Positions 41,350-51,622 of a stretch of 64,000 bases of DNA are shown here, one piece after another. The DNA comes from a phage, in sequence record PZ452598.1; one strand, 5' to 3'. Each line of letters starts with the position of its first letter. Positions within the stretch are counted from its first letter, which is position 1. Position numbers and translations under genes: made by a program. Under the pieces are notes generated by a model, which saw nothing but the letters and a program-made list of their open reading frames with translations, was not told the origin of the DNA and did not search any database.

Positions 41350-42552
41350 TTATTTTGTAATAATGTCAAACTGTTCTTTAAAGCAGAAGCTTGAATCTTG
41401 ATGCTGATACAAAAATTCATATGCTTTTTCTCGCTCACGGTCATAAAGAGCTCGGTCAGATGACAGTTCTTTAATACGTTCAAATGTTGATTCCATATCA
41501 TTTTCATCAAACCAAATGATACCGCTATCATGCGAGGTCAAAGGAGTATTATCAACACGGAATTTTAAATTTTCGCCAGTAGATTTCCAAAATACCGGAA
41601 TTGTTCCACATGCACCAAGCTCGAGATGAGTATATTCGAGTGAGCGTTGTAAGTATTTCTGGTTAAGTTTACTCAACTGATATCCAAAGCCAGATTTACT
41701 CATTCGTTCAAGCATTTCACTATTAATATAACAATCTAGGATTTGTGCCGGTTGATTCGGCGCGAGATTCATTTTATCAATCTCACGATTACCGTAATAT
41801 TCATACGGAATACCTTTTTCCTTAATTGCAATAAAAGCAGGGGAACGTTCCAGACCTTCCATTACAGTGGATTTACCAGCAGGTTTTAAGAATTTTTCAT
41901 GAAAATCAAACATCTGGTAAAAACCTTTCCATGTAGTCGTACGACCAATCCAACGGTTGATATTCATGTTAATTTCAGAAACATCTTTCCAATAAGTTGA
42001 CCGAACCTTCACAATATCCATAGGAGGCTGAAAATTATATACTGTCGGTGCTTCTTCAATATCATCAAACAGAGAAACAGTTTCTGGATACCATTCTTTC
42101 ATCAGAACTTTATTAAAATCACCATTATCAGAATGGCTAAAAATAACATCAGCTCGACGAACAGTTTCTTCTAATCCCAAATTTCGACGCAAAGAAAGAA
42201 CAGAATGATCATGCTGATAAACTACAACACGAATAGAAGGTTTAATATTATCTAAAAGTTTTTTATAGTTATTAATCGTAGCTTCTTGAACGGAAGTAGC
42301 AGGAACAGAATTAATAATTAGAATATCACAATCATTTACTAGCTTAAGTGCTTTATCGTATTCTTTAGCTAAAATAACTGGAATTGAAAATGATTTGTGG
42401 TCATGAGAACTTGTACGAGTAAATGATTTATCTTTAGCATAAACCAAAGTTACTTCATGACCATTTTTAATAAACCAATCACGTTGCTCGAGTGAGAATT
42501 TTGTTACACCACAACCTTCAAGACCTCGAGCCATAAAAATGCAAATACGCAT
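41350..42552 (-). CDS. agt: DNA alpha-glucosyltransferase (400 aa)
   Basis: 400-aa ORF at T4 alpha-gt position. Confidence 0.8.
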   Translation of the reverse strand: MRICIFMARGLEGCGVTKFSLEQRDWFIKNGHEVTLVYAKDKSFTRTSSHDHKSFSIPVILAKEYDKALKLVNDCDILIINSVPATSVQEATINNYKKLLDNIKPSIRVVVYQHDHSVLSLRRNLGLEETVRRADVIFSHSDNGDFNKVLMKEWYPETVSLFDDIEEAPTVYNFQPPMDIVKVRSTYWKDVSEINMNINRWIGRTTTWKGFYQMFDFHEKFLKPAGKSTVMEGLERSPAFIAIKEKGIPYEYYGNREIDKMNLAPNQPAQILDCYINSEMLERMSKSGFGYQLSKLNQKYLQRSLEYTHLELGACGTIPVFWKSTGENLKFRVDNTPLTSHDSGIIWFDENDMESTFERIKELSSDRALYDREREKAYEFLYQHQDSSFCFKEQFDIITK

Positions 42553-42610
42553 AGTTTTCCTCTTTTCATTTAATAAATCATGTAAATAATATTTTATTTT
42601 CTATAAAACG

Positions 42611-43405
42611 CTACGAATAGGCCCAAACATATCCATAAGCAATTTTGCTTTTTCCAGATATGCACTTTTTAATATTAGACATGCATCCTTTAACGGATAC
42701 AGCTGCGTCTTTAATTCTAGGAAATACTCGTAATAATTTTCCAGTAGTATCATATTGAAATACTGGCACATTTCTTTTCTGAGTTATCCCACGTTTAGAT
42801 TTAGACATTTTTTGTTTAGTTGCATTAGACATCCTAGAGGGCTTTCCTATGTTATCAGAATAATAATATTTCCATTGAAATCCTCCAGCGGTTTTCCTTT
42901 TACCATCTACACATTGTTTAATTGAAGTTGAACAGCTATATGACATATCTTCTGCAGCATCTGTAATACATCTATATTTGCGAATAAAATTTCCATTTAA
43001 ATCATATTGATAAATTGGTTTTCCAGCATTTCGTCTAGCGTTAGACATGTATTTTTTATTATCATCATCTTTCCAGAACTCTTTCATGCTTTCCGATATT
43101 GAAGAAGATACAGCTGTTTTAATCCATCCATACATTTTATTATTTAGTCTTGTTCCGTCAGAACTATAACACATCATACGAATAGCTAAAGCCAATTTAG
43201 GAAGTCTATAAATTTTAAATAATAATAAATGCGCGGTAAAATGTTCTTCTGGTGTCAAAAGAACTAAATTAGTTTTATCATCTGTACCACCCATACATCT
43301 AGGAATTATATGATGTGTTTCAGTATAGTATGTCAAAAGACTTTTATCATTGCCTCTGTTTAGTCCTTTTTCGATCAGTAAATTATATATGTTTAAATAA
43401 TTCAT
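42611..43405 (-). CDS. HNH homing endonuclease-like protein (264 aa)
   Basis: HNH signature HHIIPRCMGGTDD...NLVLL; N-terminus MNYxxIY shared with the other two HNH ORFs. Confidence 0.75.
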   Translation of the reverse strand: MNYLNIYNLLIEKGLNRGNDKSLLTYYTETHHIIPRCMGGTDDKTNLVLLTPEEHFTAHLLLFKIYRLPKLALAIRMMCYSSDGTRLNNKMYGWIKTAVSSSISESMKEFWKDDDNKKYMSNARRNAGKPIYQYDLNGNFIRKYRCITDAAEDMSYSCSTSIKQCVDGKRKTAGGFQWKYYYSDNIGKPSRMSNATKQKMSKSKRGITQKRNVPVFQYDTTGKLLRVFPRIKDAAVSVKGCMSNIKKCISGKSKIAYGYVWAYS

Positions 43406-43456
43406 TTTAGTTTATTTTACCAAAAAATTTATAAAGCAATATAGGAGCCGAAGCTC

Positions 43457-43648
43457 CTATCCACATAATACGCCATACAGAGGCTCGTTAGAACTTTTAA
43501 ATTTTATGCGCTTATATGTTATAGTTCCTTCTGCTTTAGCTTTATCATGAGCCTCTTTAAAGCGTCTCATCATTTCCTCTCTAGAGGAACGAATTTTATT
43601 ATAATCTATTTCAGAAGTCGGATGTTCATCTTTCACAGTTGCCACCAT
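43457..43648 (-). CDS. hypothetical protein (63 aa)
   Basis: ORF track. Confidence 0.45.
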   Translation of the reverse strand: MVATVKDEHPTSEIDYNKIRSSREEMMRRFKEAHDKAKAEGTITYKRIKFKSSNEPLYGVLCG

Positions 43649-43839
43649 TTTTTGACTTGATAAGAATCAACCCACACTTTCATATTAGGGTCTGCTCTTA
43701 CAATAGGAGGATTAACTTCTTTGATTGAACTATCACGGTATTCTTTTTCAGAAATTTTCACGCAAAGATGACCATTCAAAGATTCAGTAAATCCTGCATT
43801 AATTTTAAGACGCTTGAATTTTACGTGTGTAAGCATCAA
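43633..43839 (-). CDS. hypothetical protein (68 aa)
   Basis: ORF track. Confidence 0.45.
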   Translation of the reverse strand: MMLTHVKFKRLKINAGFTESLNGHLCVKISEKEYRDSSIKEVNPPIVRADPNMKVWVDSYQVKKWWQL

Positions 43840-44122
43840 TCATATCCTCAATCTGCGATCTAGTAGTCTTCCAAAGAATACTGATGAGTTCATCGTTATA
43901 TGGCTGTTTTAGAATATCCCGACTTTTCTTGATAGCATATTCGTATTGAGCAAAATTATTATTTTCAGCTGCGATCTGAGCGTGCTTATAAAGACGATTC
44001 AGTTCGCGTTTGTTTTTAGACAATAACTTATTTGCTTTTCTTTCTGCTTCAAGACGGTTCTTTTCTTCAATAGAAGAAATAAGCTTTTCCACTTCATCAT
44101 TAATTTCGGGTTTATCAGTCAT
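43805..44122 (-). CDS. hypothetical protein (105 aa)
   Basis: ORF track. Confidence 0.5.
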   Translation of the reverse strand: MTDKPEINDEVEKLISSIEEKNRLEAERKANKLLSKNKRELNRLYKHAQIAAENNNFAQYEYAIKKSRDILKQPYNDELISILWKTTRSQIEDMIDAYTRKIQAS

Positions 44123-44123
44123 A

Positions 44124-44369
44124 TTATTTCTCTAATATAAAATAAAAATCATCATCTGTTAAATGATACCGATAGTTTAATTCTACACCATTAGATTTAA
44201 AAGCGGTATCATACGGATTTTCTGGATCAATATCAATGTCAAGAGCTAAAACTTCCCTGAGATACATTTTAAGTAAATAGGGAATAGCTTCAACTTCAGG
44301 TATTTCTTCCAAGAATCCGGAGAGGTTAATCGTTAGCCTCATATAAAAAATCCAAACTAGGAGAATCAT
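44124..44369 (-). CDS. hypothetical protein (81 aa)
   Basis: ORF track. Confidence 0.5.
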
Positions 44370-44889
44370 CTACAACACTTTTCTTTTCAGCCCCCGGTGT
44401 TCTATAGGTTGATTCTTCGTAATGCGTCATTTTATCATAGATGTCTTGAATAAAAGTTTCATCTACTAACGCAACCATATCGTCGTCACGGCTGTCATAG
44501 ACATTGTGAACGAAGTAACTATATTTCTTTGCAACTTCCTTACGTTCTTTTTTAATACGTTGGACGAATGCATTAAAACAAGCTTGAGTTATATACGCAT
44601 GTGGGTTTTTATATTTCGTTTCATCAAAATTGTGAAGCCCCTTAATAGAAGCTTCTATACCATCTGCAATCATTTCTTGTTTCCAAGACTGGGTGTATCC
44701 TGAAAAGTTGAAACGTTTAGATAAGCCTTCTGCAATAAGCATAATGGCTAATCCGATAGTATCATTCTGACGAACTACTTTATTTGGGTCTTTATTATTT
44801 GCTAATTCTGTTTTCCAATCAATAATAGCTTGTAAAAGCTCTTTATTGTTTACGTAATTATATTTAGGCTTAGTTTCTGACATTTTCAC
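44326..44889 (-). CDS. 55: late-transcription sigma factor gp55 (about 185 aa)
   Basis: Length and sequence match recalled T4 gp55. Confidence 0.8.
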
Positions 44890-44965
44890 CTCTTAGCTCA
44901 ATTCATAGATCTATTATATCATAATATTTGAAGACCTATCTTAAAGCATAGAGGATGAATCAATT

Positions 44966-45181
44966 TCAAGCATTCATCAGATTAGCCGCTCCAAGAGCTG
45001 CATCTAGTGAATCAAATTGGTCAACATATTCAATTAATTCGCCGTAATTAGCGTATAACCACCATTGGCTAAATTCATACTCAAGGATGAATCCATTTCC
45101 TTCAATTTGAGTTAAACCAATGCCATTTGTATTTACTTCATACCCAGCGAGACGTAAATCGTTAATAAGAGCTTCGTTCAT
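44966..45181 (-). CDS. hypothetical protein (71 aa)
   Basis: ORF track. Confidence 0.45.
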   Translation of the reverse strand: MNEALINDLRLAGYEVNTNGIGLTQIEGNGFILEYEFSQWWLYANYGELIEYVDQFDSLDAALGAANLMNA

Positions 45182-45183
45182 AA

Positions 45184-45510
45184 TTATACCTTAGTAATTT
45201 TCAGGTCTGCAAATTTTTTCTTGCGTTGATTTTTCATGCGACGAATAGTTTTATCGGAAATTTCATGCTTTTGATAAGCTTTAGATTCTACACCAAAAGC
45301 TTTAACATCAAATTCTGACAAGATATATTGAACCAACAATTCACGGACAGTATTGCGTCCAATCTTCTGATCATTCTGTTTCATCGTTTGATGAAGCTCT
45401 TTTTCCCATTTATCCAAAATTTGAGGAGTTACAATATCGCCTTTTTCTAGCAAAGAAACTACTTTATCATATGCGTAAGAATTGATGGCGTTTTTAATTT
45501 GAATAGTCAT
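45184..45510 (-). CDS. hypothetical protein (108 aa)
   Basis: ORF track. Confidence 0.5.
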   Translation of the reverse strand: MTIQIKNAINSYAYDKVVSLLEKGDIVTPQILDKWEKELHQTMKQNDQKIGRNTVRELLVQYILSEFDVKAFGVESKAYQKHEISDKTIRRMKNQRKKKFADLKITKV

Positions 45511-45562
45511 ACATTATCCTCAATTACGTTAAAATTTTATTATCCAAAAAGGGCCGAAGCCC

Positions 45563-45763
45563 TTAGCTAAACTTTTTGGCACCCTTCCAGCCTTCGTACA
45601 TCATTGCGACTGACAATGACAAAGCTCCTTCACATGCTGCATACTTATTATTCCAGAACCAATTTAGAAAAACTTCATCCTCAATACCGTTGTGTTTCAT
45701 GTTCTGGAAAAATTTGGCGCGTTCTTCAGCAATTCGCTGCGATAATTTAGATTCAGGATTCAT
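45563..45763 (-). CDS. hypothetical protein (66 aa)
   Basis: ORF track. Confidence 0.45.
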   Translation of the reverse strand: MNPESKLSQRIAEERAKFFQNMKHNGIEDEVFLNWFWNNKYAACEGALSLSVAMMYEGWKGAKKFS

Positions 45764-45979
45764 TTAAATTTCCCAATTGCCATTTTCATCAATAAATTTA
45801 ATCCAGTCATTTACTGACCACTTGGTCGTATCGCCTTTTGGAGTAACATTTAAAGTGTATAGCCCTTGCTTAAAAAGCATGCGTTTGATATTCATATTTT
45901 CCTCAGCTGTAACGATAACACTCGTTTGATTTACGTTTAGCAACTCGTTGAGAAGTATTATAATCAAAATCATCATCAA
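45764..45979 (-). CDS. hypothetical protein (71 aa)
   Basis: ORF track. Confidence 0.45.
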   Translation of the reverse strand: MMMILIIILLNELLNVNQTSVIVTAEENMNIKRMLFKQGLYTLNVTPKGDTTKWSVNDWIKFIDENGNWEI

Positions 45980-46241
45980 TGTAAACTGATTTTTTCAACT
46001 TTCTTACTTCACCGCGTAATTGACGATTTAACTCATCTTTAACTTCTGAATCAATACCTTTCATTCTACGCCATTTATCTGAGCGAAAAATGTTTTCAAC
46101 CATATCTTTATGACTTACCCCATCAGGAGCTTTACGCTTTCCGAAATAGTCATAATCACGCACTTTTAAGTCTTTACGACGATACGTTTTACCCATGGAG
46201 TTTAATTTCCTTAGCAACTGAACTAAATACAGCACGATCAC
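45903..46241 (-). CDS. hypothetical basic protein (112 aa or shorter)
   Basis: ORF track; overlaps neighbours. Confidence 0.4.
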   Translation of the reverse strand: MIVLYLVQLLRKLNSMGKTYRRKDLKVRDYDYFGKRKAPDGVSHKDMVENIFRSDKWRRMKGIDSEVKDELNRQLRGEVRKLKKSVYIDDDFDYNTSQRVAKRKSNECYRYS

Positions 46242-46371
46242 AAATCATACGTTTATGTAACTTGAGTATAAGATAGTAAACATCAAAACCATTTACATAA
46301 GTAACACGAACAACATTACCATTCACGAGATAATACTGTCCCTTTTTAATCTCTTTATCAACCACAACCAT
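46189..46371 (-). CDS. hypothetical protein (60 aa)
   Basis: ORF track; early promoter upstream. Confidence 0.45.
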   Translation of the reverse strand: MVVVDKEIKKGQYYLVNGNVVRVTYVNGFDVYYLILKLHKRMICDRAVFSSVAKEIKLHG

Positions 46372-46399
46372 ATCAATTCCTCAAAGGTAATTCATATGT

Positions 46400-46432
46400 T
46401 AATAATACCACGGTTTGAACTTGTTGTAAACA
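46400..46432 (-). promoter_or_regulatory. early promoter (-35 GTTTAC 46426-46431)
   Basis: GTTTAC, 17 nt, GGTATTAT on minus strand. Confidence 0.5.
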
Positions 46433-46504
46433 ACTTTGTGAAAAATATTTTAGGGAATGATAAGAAAGGAACGATAGCTTAGAATGGTAATATACAGAAT
46501 GTGA

Positions 46505-46527
46505 GAAAGAAAGGCCCAGAGGGCCCG
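46505..46527 (-). terminator. hairpin plus U-rich tract downstream of nrdH
   Basis: GGGCCC-UCU-GGGCC stem-loop then UUUCUUUCU on minus-strand RNA. Confidence 0.45.
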
Positions 46528-46529
46528 TC

Positions 46530-46838
46530 TTAATCTTCTATGATATCTCTATCATATCCAAGTGAAATGAGAGTTTCTTTGAAGTGTTTAATGTTCTTTT
46601 GTCTAGAATCATTAATGAAAATGACTGGATAACGAATGTTAAGAGATGTGAATCCAGCGCGTTTAGCAAGAGATACAATCAGCGGACGATCATACTCAAT
46701 CTTACCATTATTTGTAAGAACTTTATAGAAAGTAAAAGGAGCATTGAGCTCCTTTAGAAGTTTTGTAACTGATTGACATCCAGGACAACGACCTACTTCA
46801 TCTGGAATTCCATAGACTTCAATCTTATTTTGTTTCAC
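46530..46838 (-). CDS. nrdH: glutaredoxin-like NrdH (102 aa)
   Basis: CPGC redox motif; adjacent to nrdG/nrdD. Confidence 0.8.
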   Translation of the reverse strand: MKQNKIEVYGIPDEVGRCPGCQSVTKLLKELNAPFTFYKVLTNNGKIEYDRPLIVSLAKRAGFTSLNIRYPVIFINDSRQKNIKHFKETLISLGYDRDIIED

Positions 46839-46840
46839 AA

Positions 46841-47053
46841 CTATTCCTTACTAAGAGCAGCATTCAGCTTGTTAGTAATTTTATCCAGACGCTCATTGAA
46901 TTCACTAGAAGATAAGCCCTTTTCTGGAGAAATCAAACTAATCACGAAAAATATAGCAATAAAAGGAATAAGGAAAATAGCTCCAACTGCCATAAACAGA
47001 AAGAATGTTACAGTTGTAAGAAAATCAGCTAAACCTTTACGAAATTTATACAT
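46841..47053 (-). CDS. small membrane protein (70 aa)
   Basis: ORF track; hydrophobic core. Confidence 0.5.
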   Translation of the reverse strand: MYKFRKGLADFLTTVTFFLFMAVGAIFLIPFIAIFFVISLISPEKGLSSSEFNERLDKITNKLNAALSKE

Positions 47054-47171
47054 TTACATTTACCTTTAATTGATTAACCAAGCATTGATAAGCACTAAAC
47101 TATACTGCGAATAAAATTCTGGACCAAAATGAAAAATCATATCATTTATAGTATCCATAATGTAATTCAAT

Positions 47172-47642
47172 TTAATCATGTTTCCACACCCCATCGGTAT
47201 TTGACCAAAGTCGCTGATTATCTGATCCTCGCCACAGCTTTTTGGTCGGAAGATTTTTCTCATACTTCCCATCAATAATAACATCAACATATTTAAGCAT
47301 TTCTAGTTGTTTAATATCTTCAAACTTATATCCTGTCCACAACCAGATATCTTTCTCCGGAAATCTTGCTTTAACCCAAGAAACTAAATTTGAAATCTCT
47401 TCTCGGTTCTGTGGATAAAGTGGGTCACCGCCGGTTAAGGTAAGGCCTTGGATATACGATTTGCTTAAATGGGACGCAAGTTCTTTAACGGTATTCATAG
47501 TGAATAACTGTCCGTTACGAGCATTCCAAGTACTACGATTATAACAACCTTCGCATTTATGCAAACATCCAGTGACGAAGAGAACGACCCTACATCCAGG
47601 GCCGTTAACGAAATCGCATGGATAAATTCTATCATAATTCAT
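47172..47642 (-). CDS. nrdG: anaerobic ribonucleotide reductase activating enzyme NrdG (radical SAM, about 156 aa)
   Basis: CxxxCxxC cluster motif GCLHKCEGCYN; start taken at internal Met MNYDRIYP. Confidence 0.85.
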   Translation of the reverse strand: MNYDRIYPCDFVNGPGCRVVLFVTGCLHKCEGCYNRSTWNARNGQLFTMNTVKELASHLSKSYIQGLTLTGGDPLYPQNREEISNLVSWVKARFPEKDIWLWTGYKFEDIKQLEMLKYVDVIIDGKYEKNLPTKKLWRGSDNQRLWSNTDGVWKHD

Positions 47643-48264
47643 CTTTATATTTCCAAGTATATCCCTTATGAATAGATTGAATTCCTTTGCAACATTTATA
47701 AACAGCAGAATGAAAAAATCCTGCATTTCTTATTTCAGTTGCTCCAGTTAGTTCTATTGTATTTCCGTCTGGTGAATAGCCAATAACCGTTTTGGTGTTA
47801 AAGCGATTTCTAGAACTATTTTTGATATGCTCTTTATGATTAGTAGACAAAGTTCTTCCTGTTAGCCCATCAGATATCCTTTTTCCAAAATCATCAGGAA
47901 GAGTTACTTTAGACCTAGCTATGCTCATTAGCTTCTTAGTTTTATCGCTTCTTTTTGCGCCACGCTGATTTTCAAATTTCTTAGCTTTTGCATACGCGTA
48001 TTGTGAAGAAGTAACTTTTCTATGCTTACTATTACTCATTATCCAATATGCATCATACATCTTTCCACCATATATTTTAGCCAATAAATGGTGAGCAGTA
48101 TAGTGGGCCTTATAAGTTAAAAATACTAAGTTGTCTAAATCATCTGAACCACCCATACTTCTTGGAATTATATGATGAAGTTCATACCCGGCTTTAGTTT
48201 GACGGGGCTTAGATGGGTGTTCAGCAGAATTAACTAGATTTGAATAGATTCTGTCATAATTCAT
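47632..48264 (-). CDS. mobD: HNH homing endonuclease-like protein (210 aa) between nrdD and nrdG
   Basis: HNH signature HHIIPRSMGGSDD...NLVFL. Confidence 0.7.
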   Translation of the reverse strand: MNYDRIYSNLVNSAEHPSKPRQTKAGYELHHIIPRSMGGSDDLDNLVFLTYKAHYTAHHLLAKIYGGKMYDAYWIMSNSKHRKVTSSQYAYAKAKKFENQRGAKRSDKTKKLMSIARSKVTLPDDFGKRISDGLTGRTLSTNHKEHIKNSSRNRFNTKTVIGYSPDGNTIELTGATEIRNAGFFHSAVYKCCKGIQSIHKGYTWKYKDEL

Positions 48265-51111
48265 TGGTGCTTAACCCTATGCATGATTTCTTTATTTTTA
48301 CCGAGATTAAATCCGCGTTCGTTCGGATTTCCCAAATAACCACATGTTCTTCTTATGGTATTCATCTTTTTAGGATCAGTTTCTCCACAAATAGAACAAA
48401 CAAATCCGTTTTCAGTAGGAGTCATTTCATGGGTACTTCCACATGTAAAACATTTATCTACTGGCATATTAACACCAAAATAATCTAAATGCTGTGCAGC
48501 ATAATCCCACACGGCCTCAAGACCTTTTAAGTTATTTTTCATATCAGGAAGTTCAACATAAGAAATGTGACCACCTGTCGCAATGAAATGATATGGCGCT
48601 TCACGAGAAATCTTTTCAAACGGAGTAATATTTTCTTCTACTGAAACATGGAAACTGTTAGTGTACCAGCCTTTATCGGTAACATCTTTTACGCTTCCAT
48701 ATTTTTCTGTATCGAGTTTACAGAAGCGATAACACAGGTTTTCAGCAGGAGTCGAATATAAACTAAAAGCAAATCCGGTTCTTTCAGTCCACTGTTTAAG
48801 ATGAGCATTCATTTTAGTTAAAATTTCTCGTCCAATATCACGACCGACAAGAATATTCAATTCGTGAATACCAATGTATCCTAAAGACACTGAACTTCTA
48901 CCGTTTTTAAATAACTCAATTATGTCGTCATCAGGTTTAAGACGAACCCCGAATGCACCTTCTTGGTAAAGAATAGGAGCAACAGTAGCTTTAACTCCTT
49001 TTAAGGAACTAATTCTACACATCAAAGCTTCAAAACATAAATCCATTCGTTCATTAAATAGCTCAACAAATTTCTGTTCATTGAACTGTGTTCCAATATA
49101 AGAATCTAACGCGATGCGAGGAAGATTCAGTGTTACAACACCAAGATTATTGCGTCCATCAAGAATTTCATTGCCAGTCGAATCTTTCCATACGCTCAAG
49201 AAACTACGGCAACCCATCGGAGAAACAGGAACAGATGAACCAGTGATAGCTTTATTGTTCTTAGCTGAAATAATATCAGGATACATCCTTTTGCTTGCGC
49301 ACTCTAGAGCAAGCTGTTTAATATCATAGTTCGGATCGTCTTTATAAAGATTAACACCTTCTTCAACGAACATAACAAGCTTAGGGAAAATAGGAGTTAT
49401 CCCATCACGACCAAGACCTTTAATACGATTTTTCAGAATTGCTTTCTGAATCATTCGTTCAGTCCAGTCAGTTCCCGTACCAAATGTAATTGTTACAAAA
49501 GGAGTCTGTCCGTTTGAACTGAATAACGTGTTCACTTCATCAATGTGTTCAGTAGAGTTCGCTACTTCTCTACCCGTTTATATGAAACAATGTAATTTGG
49601 ATAATTGTCATCTAAACACAAATCTTTAATACGACTTGGGTGGAGTTTTAAATCTTTAGCAGCATCCACAAATGATTTATAGATATTGTCATTTATTTTA
49701 ACATATTCTGGGACGGGATGAATTGTTATTTTTATATCTATAACATTTGGATGATTACTAACCTGTTCTTCAGAGCATTTAAGAAATTTTGCAGCTGATT
49801 TAAAACTTCTAAATTTATTTCCGGATTTTAAAGCTATAGAAACAGTCTTTTTAGCCGTTCTACTACCAATATTATTTTTAACATGAGCTTCACTTCTACT
49901 ATTATTTTTATAATGCTCAATCAATTTCTCTCGTATCTTATCTTTATGTTTTAAAGATAAGATTTTACCTTTATGGGCATTACTAAGTTTTTGCTTATGT
50001 TCTTCTGAATCCGGATATTTGTTAAATTTATATCCACCTATAGATTTATTAAGAATAAATTCGTTATTAAAATATTTCCTAATAAGCATTTCTTCATGTT
50101 TAAGGGCCGATTCATAAGAATCAAAAACTTGAAGAATTATCCACTTAGCTTTATAATCTTTAAGCTTTTCTTTAACAAGCTTAGATGACGAATTGTATTC
50201 TTTCCAATTTGTATCTTTACCATATATAGTTTTGAATTTTTTAAAACCTATATAAAAAGACTTATCAGGAAATCTTACCATATAGGTAAATGCTACAGAA
50301 TTGGCAATTTTTAAGCTTTTTCTTAATTTCCATTTCATCGTTTCACCTCGTATTCATATTTATACGAGGATAAACAGCTGCATGTCACCATGCAGTTCAG
50401 ACTATATCTTCAACTCTTAGAGTTGTCTGCCGTTTCGGGTCGCTTGACCCTACTCCCTTACATTCATCAGGGATAGTCGTTGGGCATTTACAGCTACTGC
50501 TGATTTAGCAACGGATTGTCTCAGTGAGAGTTTCCCGTTTTAGGCAGATTTTACATGAGCTTGACTTACGTTAACTCATAAGCTTGGAATGCATCGTATA
50601 CGTCTTTTTCTGTTTTAGATTGAGCATAATTCAACGCATCAGCGATTTGCCATTTTTCTGCATCCTCAATATGTTTTGCATAGGTGCGTTTAACATAAGG
50701 AGAAAGTACTTTATCTACATTCGCAAAAGTCGTTCCGCCGTATTGGTGAGAAGCAACTTGCGCAGTAATTTGTGCCATAATTGCAGTAGCAACTCCAATT
50801 GATTTAGGAGTTTCAATCTGCGCATTACCAAGCTTAAATCCGTTTTCAAGCATTCCTTTTAAATCTACTAAACAGCAATTAGTAAATGGAAGAGCAGGGG
50901 AATAATCAATATCATGCACGTGAATAATTCCGCTTTCATGCGCTTTCATAATAAAAGACGGGACCATATTTTTGGCAATGTGTTTAGACACAATACCAGC
51001 CATAAGGTCCCGTTGAGTTGGAAAAACACGAGAATCTTTATTAGCATTCTCGTTTAAAAGGTCTTTATTAGTTTTATGAATTAATCCTTCAATTTCTTTT
51101 TCAATTGTCAT
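48261..51111 (-). CDS. nrdD: anaerobic ribonucleotide reductase NrdD, split by a group I intron (exon 1 about 50566..51111, exon 2 about 48261..49540)
   Basis: Two collinear ORFs (181 + 424 aa, about 605 aa total) separated by about 1 kb containing I-TevII; C-terminal glycyl-radical region in exon 2; splice sites not mapped exactly. Confidence 0.85.
49562..50338 (-). CDS. I-TevII: intron-encoded GIY-YIG homing endonuclease (258 aa)
   Basis: GIY-YIG-type N-terminus (FTYMVRF...FYIGFKKF); located inside nrdD intron. Confidence 0.85.
   Translation of the reverse strand: MKWKLRKSLKIANSVAFTYMVRFPDKSFYIGFKKFKTIYGKDTNWKEYNSSSKLVKEKLKDYKAKWIILQVFDSYESALKHEEMLIRKYFNNEFILNKSIGGYKFNKYPDSEEHKQKLSNAHKGKILSLKHKDKIREKLIEHYKNNSRSEAHVKNNIGSRTAKKTVSIALKSGNKFRSFKSAAKFLKCSEEQVSNHPNVIDIKITIHPVPEYVKINDNIYKSFVDAAKDLKLHPSRIKDLCLDDNYPNYIVSYKRVEK
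50357..50364 (-). promoter_or_regulatory. late promoter TATAAATA inside the intron, upstream of I-TevII
   Basis: TATAAATA on minus strand about 20 nt upstream of I-TevII ATG. Confidence 0.55.
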
Positions 51112-51581
51112 TTTAAACTCTTTCTAAGCTGCTTCTTGAATGAAGCTATTAATTGTGTTTTGGTGTCAGATTCATTATATTCAAATCCTCTTTGAAGCAT
51201 CTCGGCCATCATTTCCTCTTTTCCTAAACGAGAAAATTCCTTTGATTTATCTCCAACAAAGTTAGGGTGAATATTATTTTGGGTGTAATCGGATTTTAAA
51301 TAAGTAAGTAAATTTTCTAACCATTCAAGATAATCAACACCTTGTCCCTTTAAGCCAGAACGATTAAATTTATGCTTCATTTGACCTTCTGCAGCATTGC
51401 ATAGATTACAAAGCAATCCACGCACCTTTCCTGCTTTTGGTCCATTTAATTCATGGTCATGGTCGAGGTGATTAGCTTGAACATCAGGATTTAGTTCTCG
51501 TTGGCAAATTAAGCATTTACCGTTTTGTGCATCATAAAATTTCTGTTTTTCTTCTTTGTATAATTTGCCAGTCAATAACAT
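51108..51581 (-). CDS. 49: endonuclease VII gp49, Holliday junction resolvase (157 aa)
   Basis: Zinc-binding CLICQ...CNLCN and HNH-like HLDHDH core; 157 aa. Confidence 0.9.
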   Translation of the reverse strand: MLLTGKLYKEEKQKFYDAQNGKCLICQRELNPDVQANHLDHDHELNGPKAGKVRGLLCNLCNAAEGQMKHKFNRSGLKGQGVDYLEWLENLLTYLKSDYTQNNIHPNFVGDKSKEFSRLGKEEMMAEMLQRGFEYNESDTKTQLIASFKKQLRKSLK

Positions 51582-51622
51582 AATAAACCCTTACCTTAAA
51601 TAGATAAGGGTATTTATTATTT

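Larger units (their letters stand above)
49540..50568 (-). mobile_element. group I self-splicing intron in nrdD (boundaries approximate)
   Basis: About 1.03 kb between nrdD exons, structured GC-richer core at 50340..50560, internal homing-endonuclease ORF. Confidence 0.75.

Noticed and set aside
41310-41531. 73-aa ORF overlapping the 3-prime end of alpha-glucosyltransferase
   Set aside because: Largely contained within the alpha-gt coding region in another frame; the real small gene nearby is more likely the ~46-aa membrane ORF at about 41175..41315.
49536-50565. nrdD as a disrupted pseudogene
   Set aside because: The interruption is an intron-sized insert with a structured core and an internal homing-endonuclease gene, and the two exons are colinear and add to the expected length; interpreted as a group I intron.
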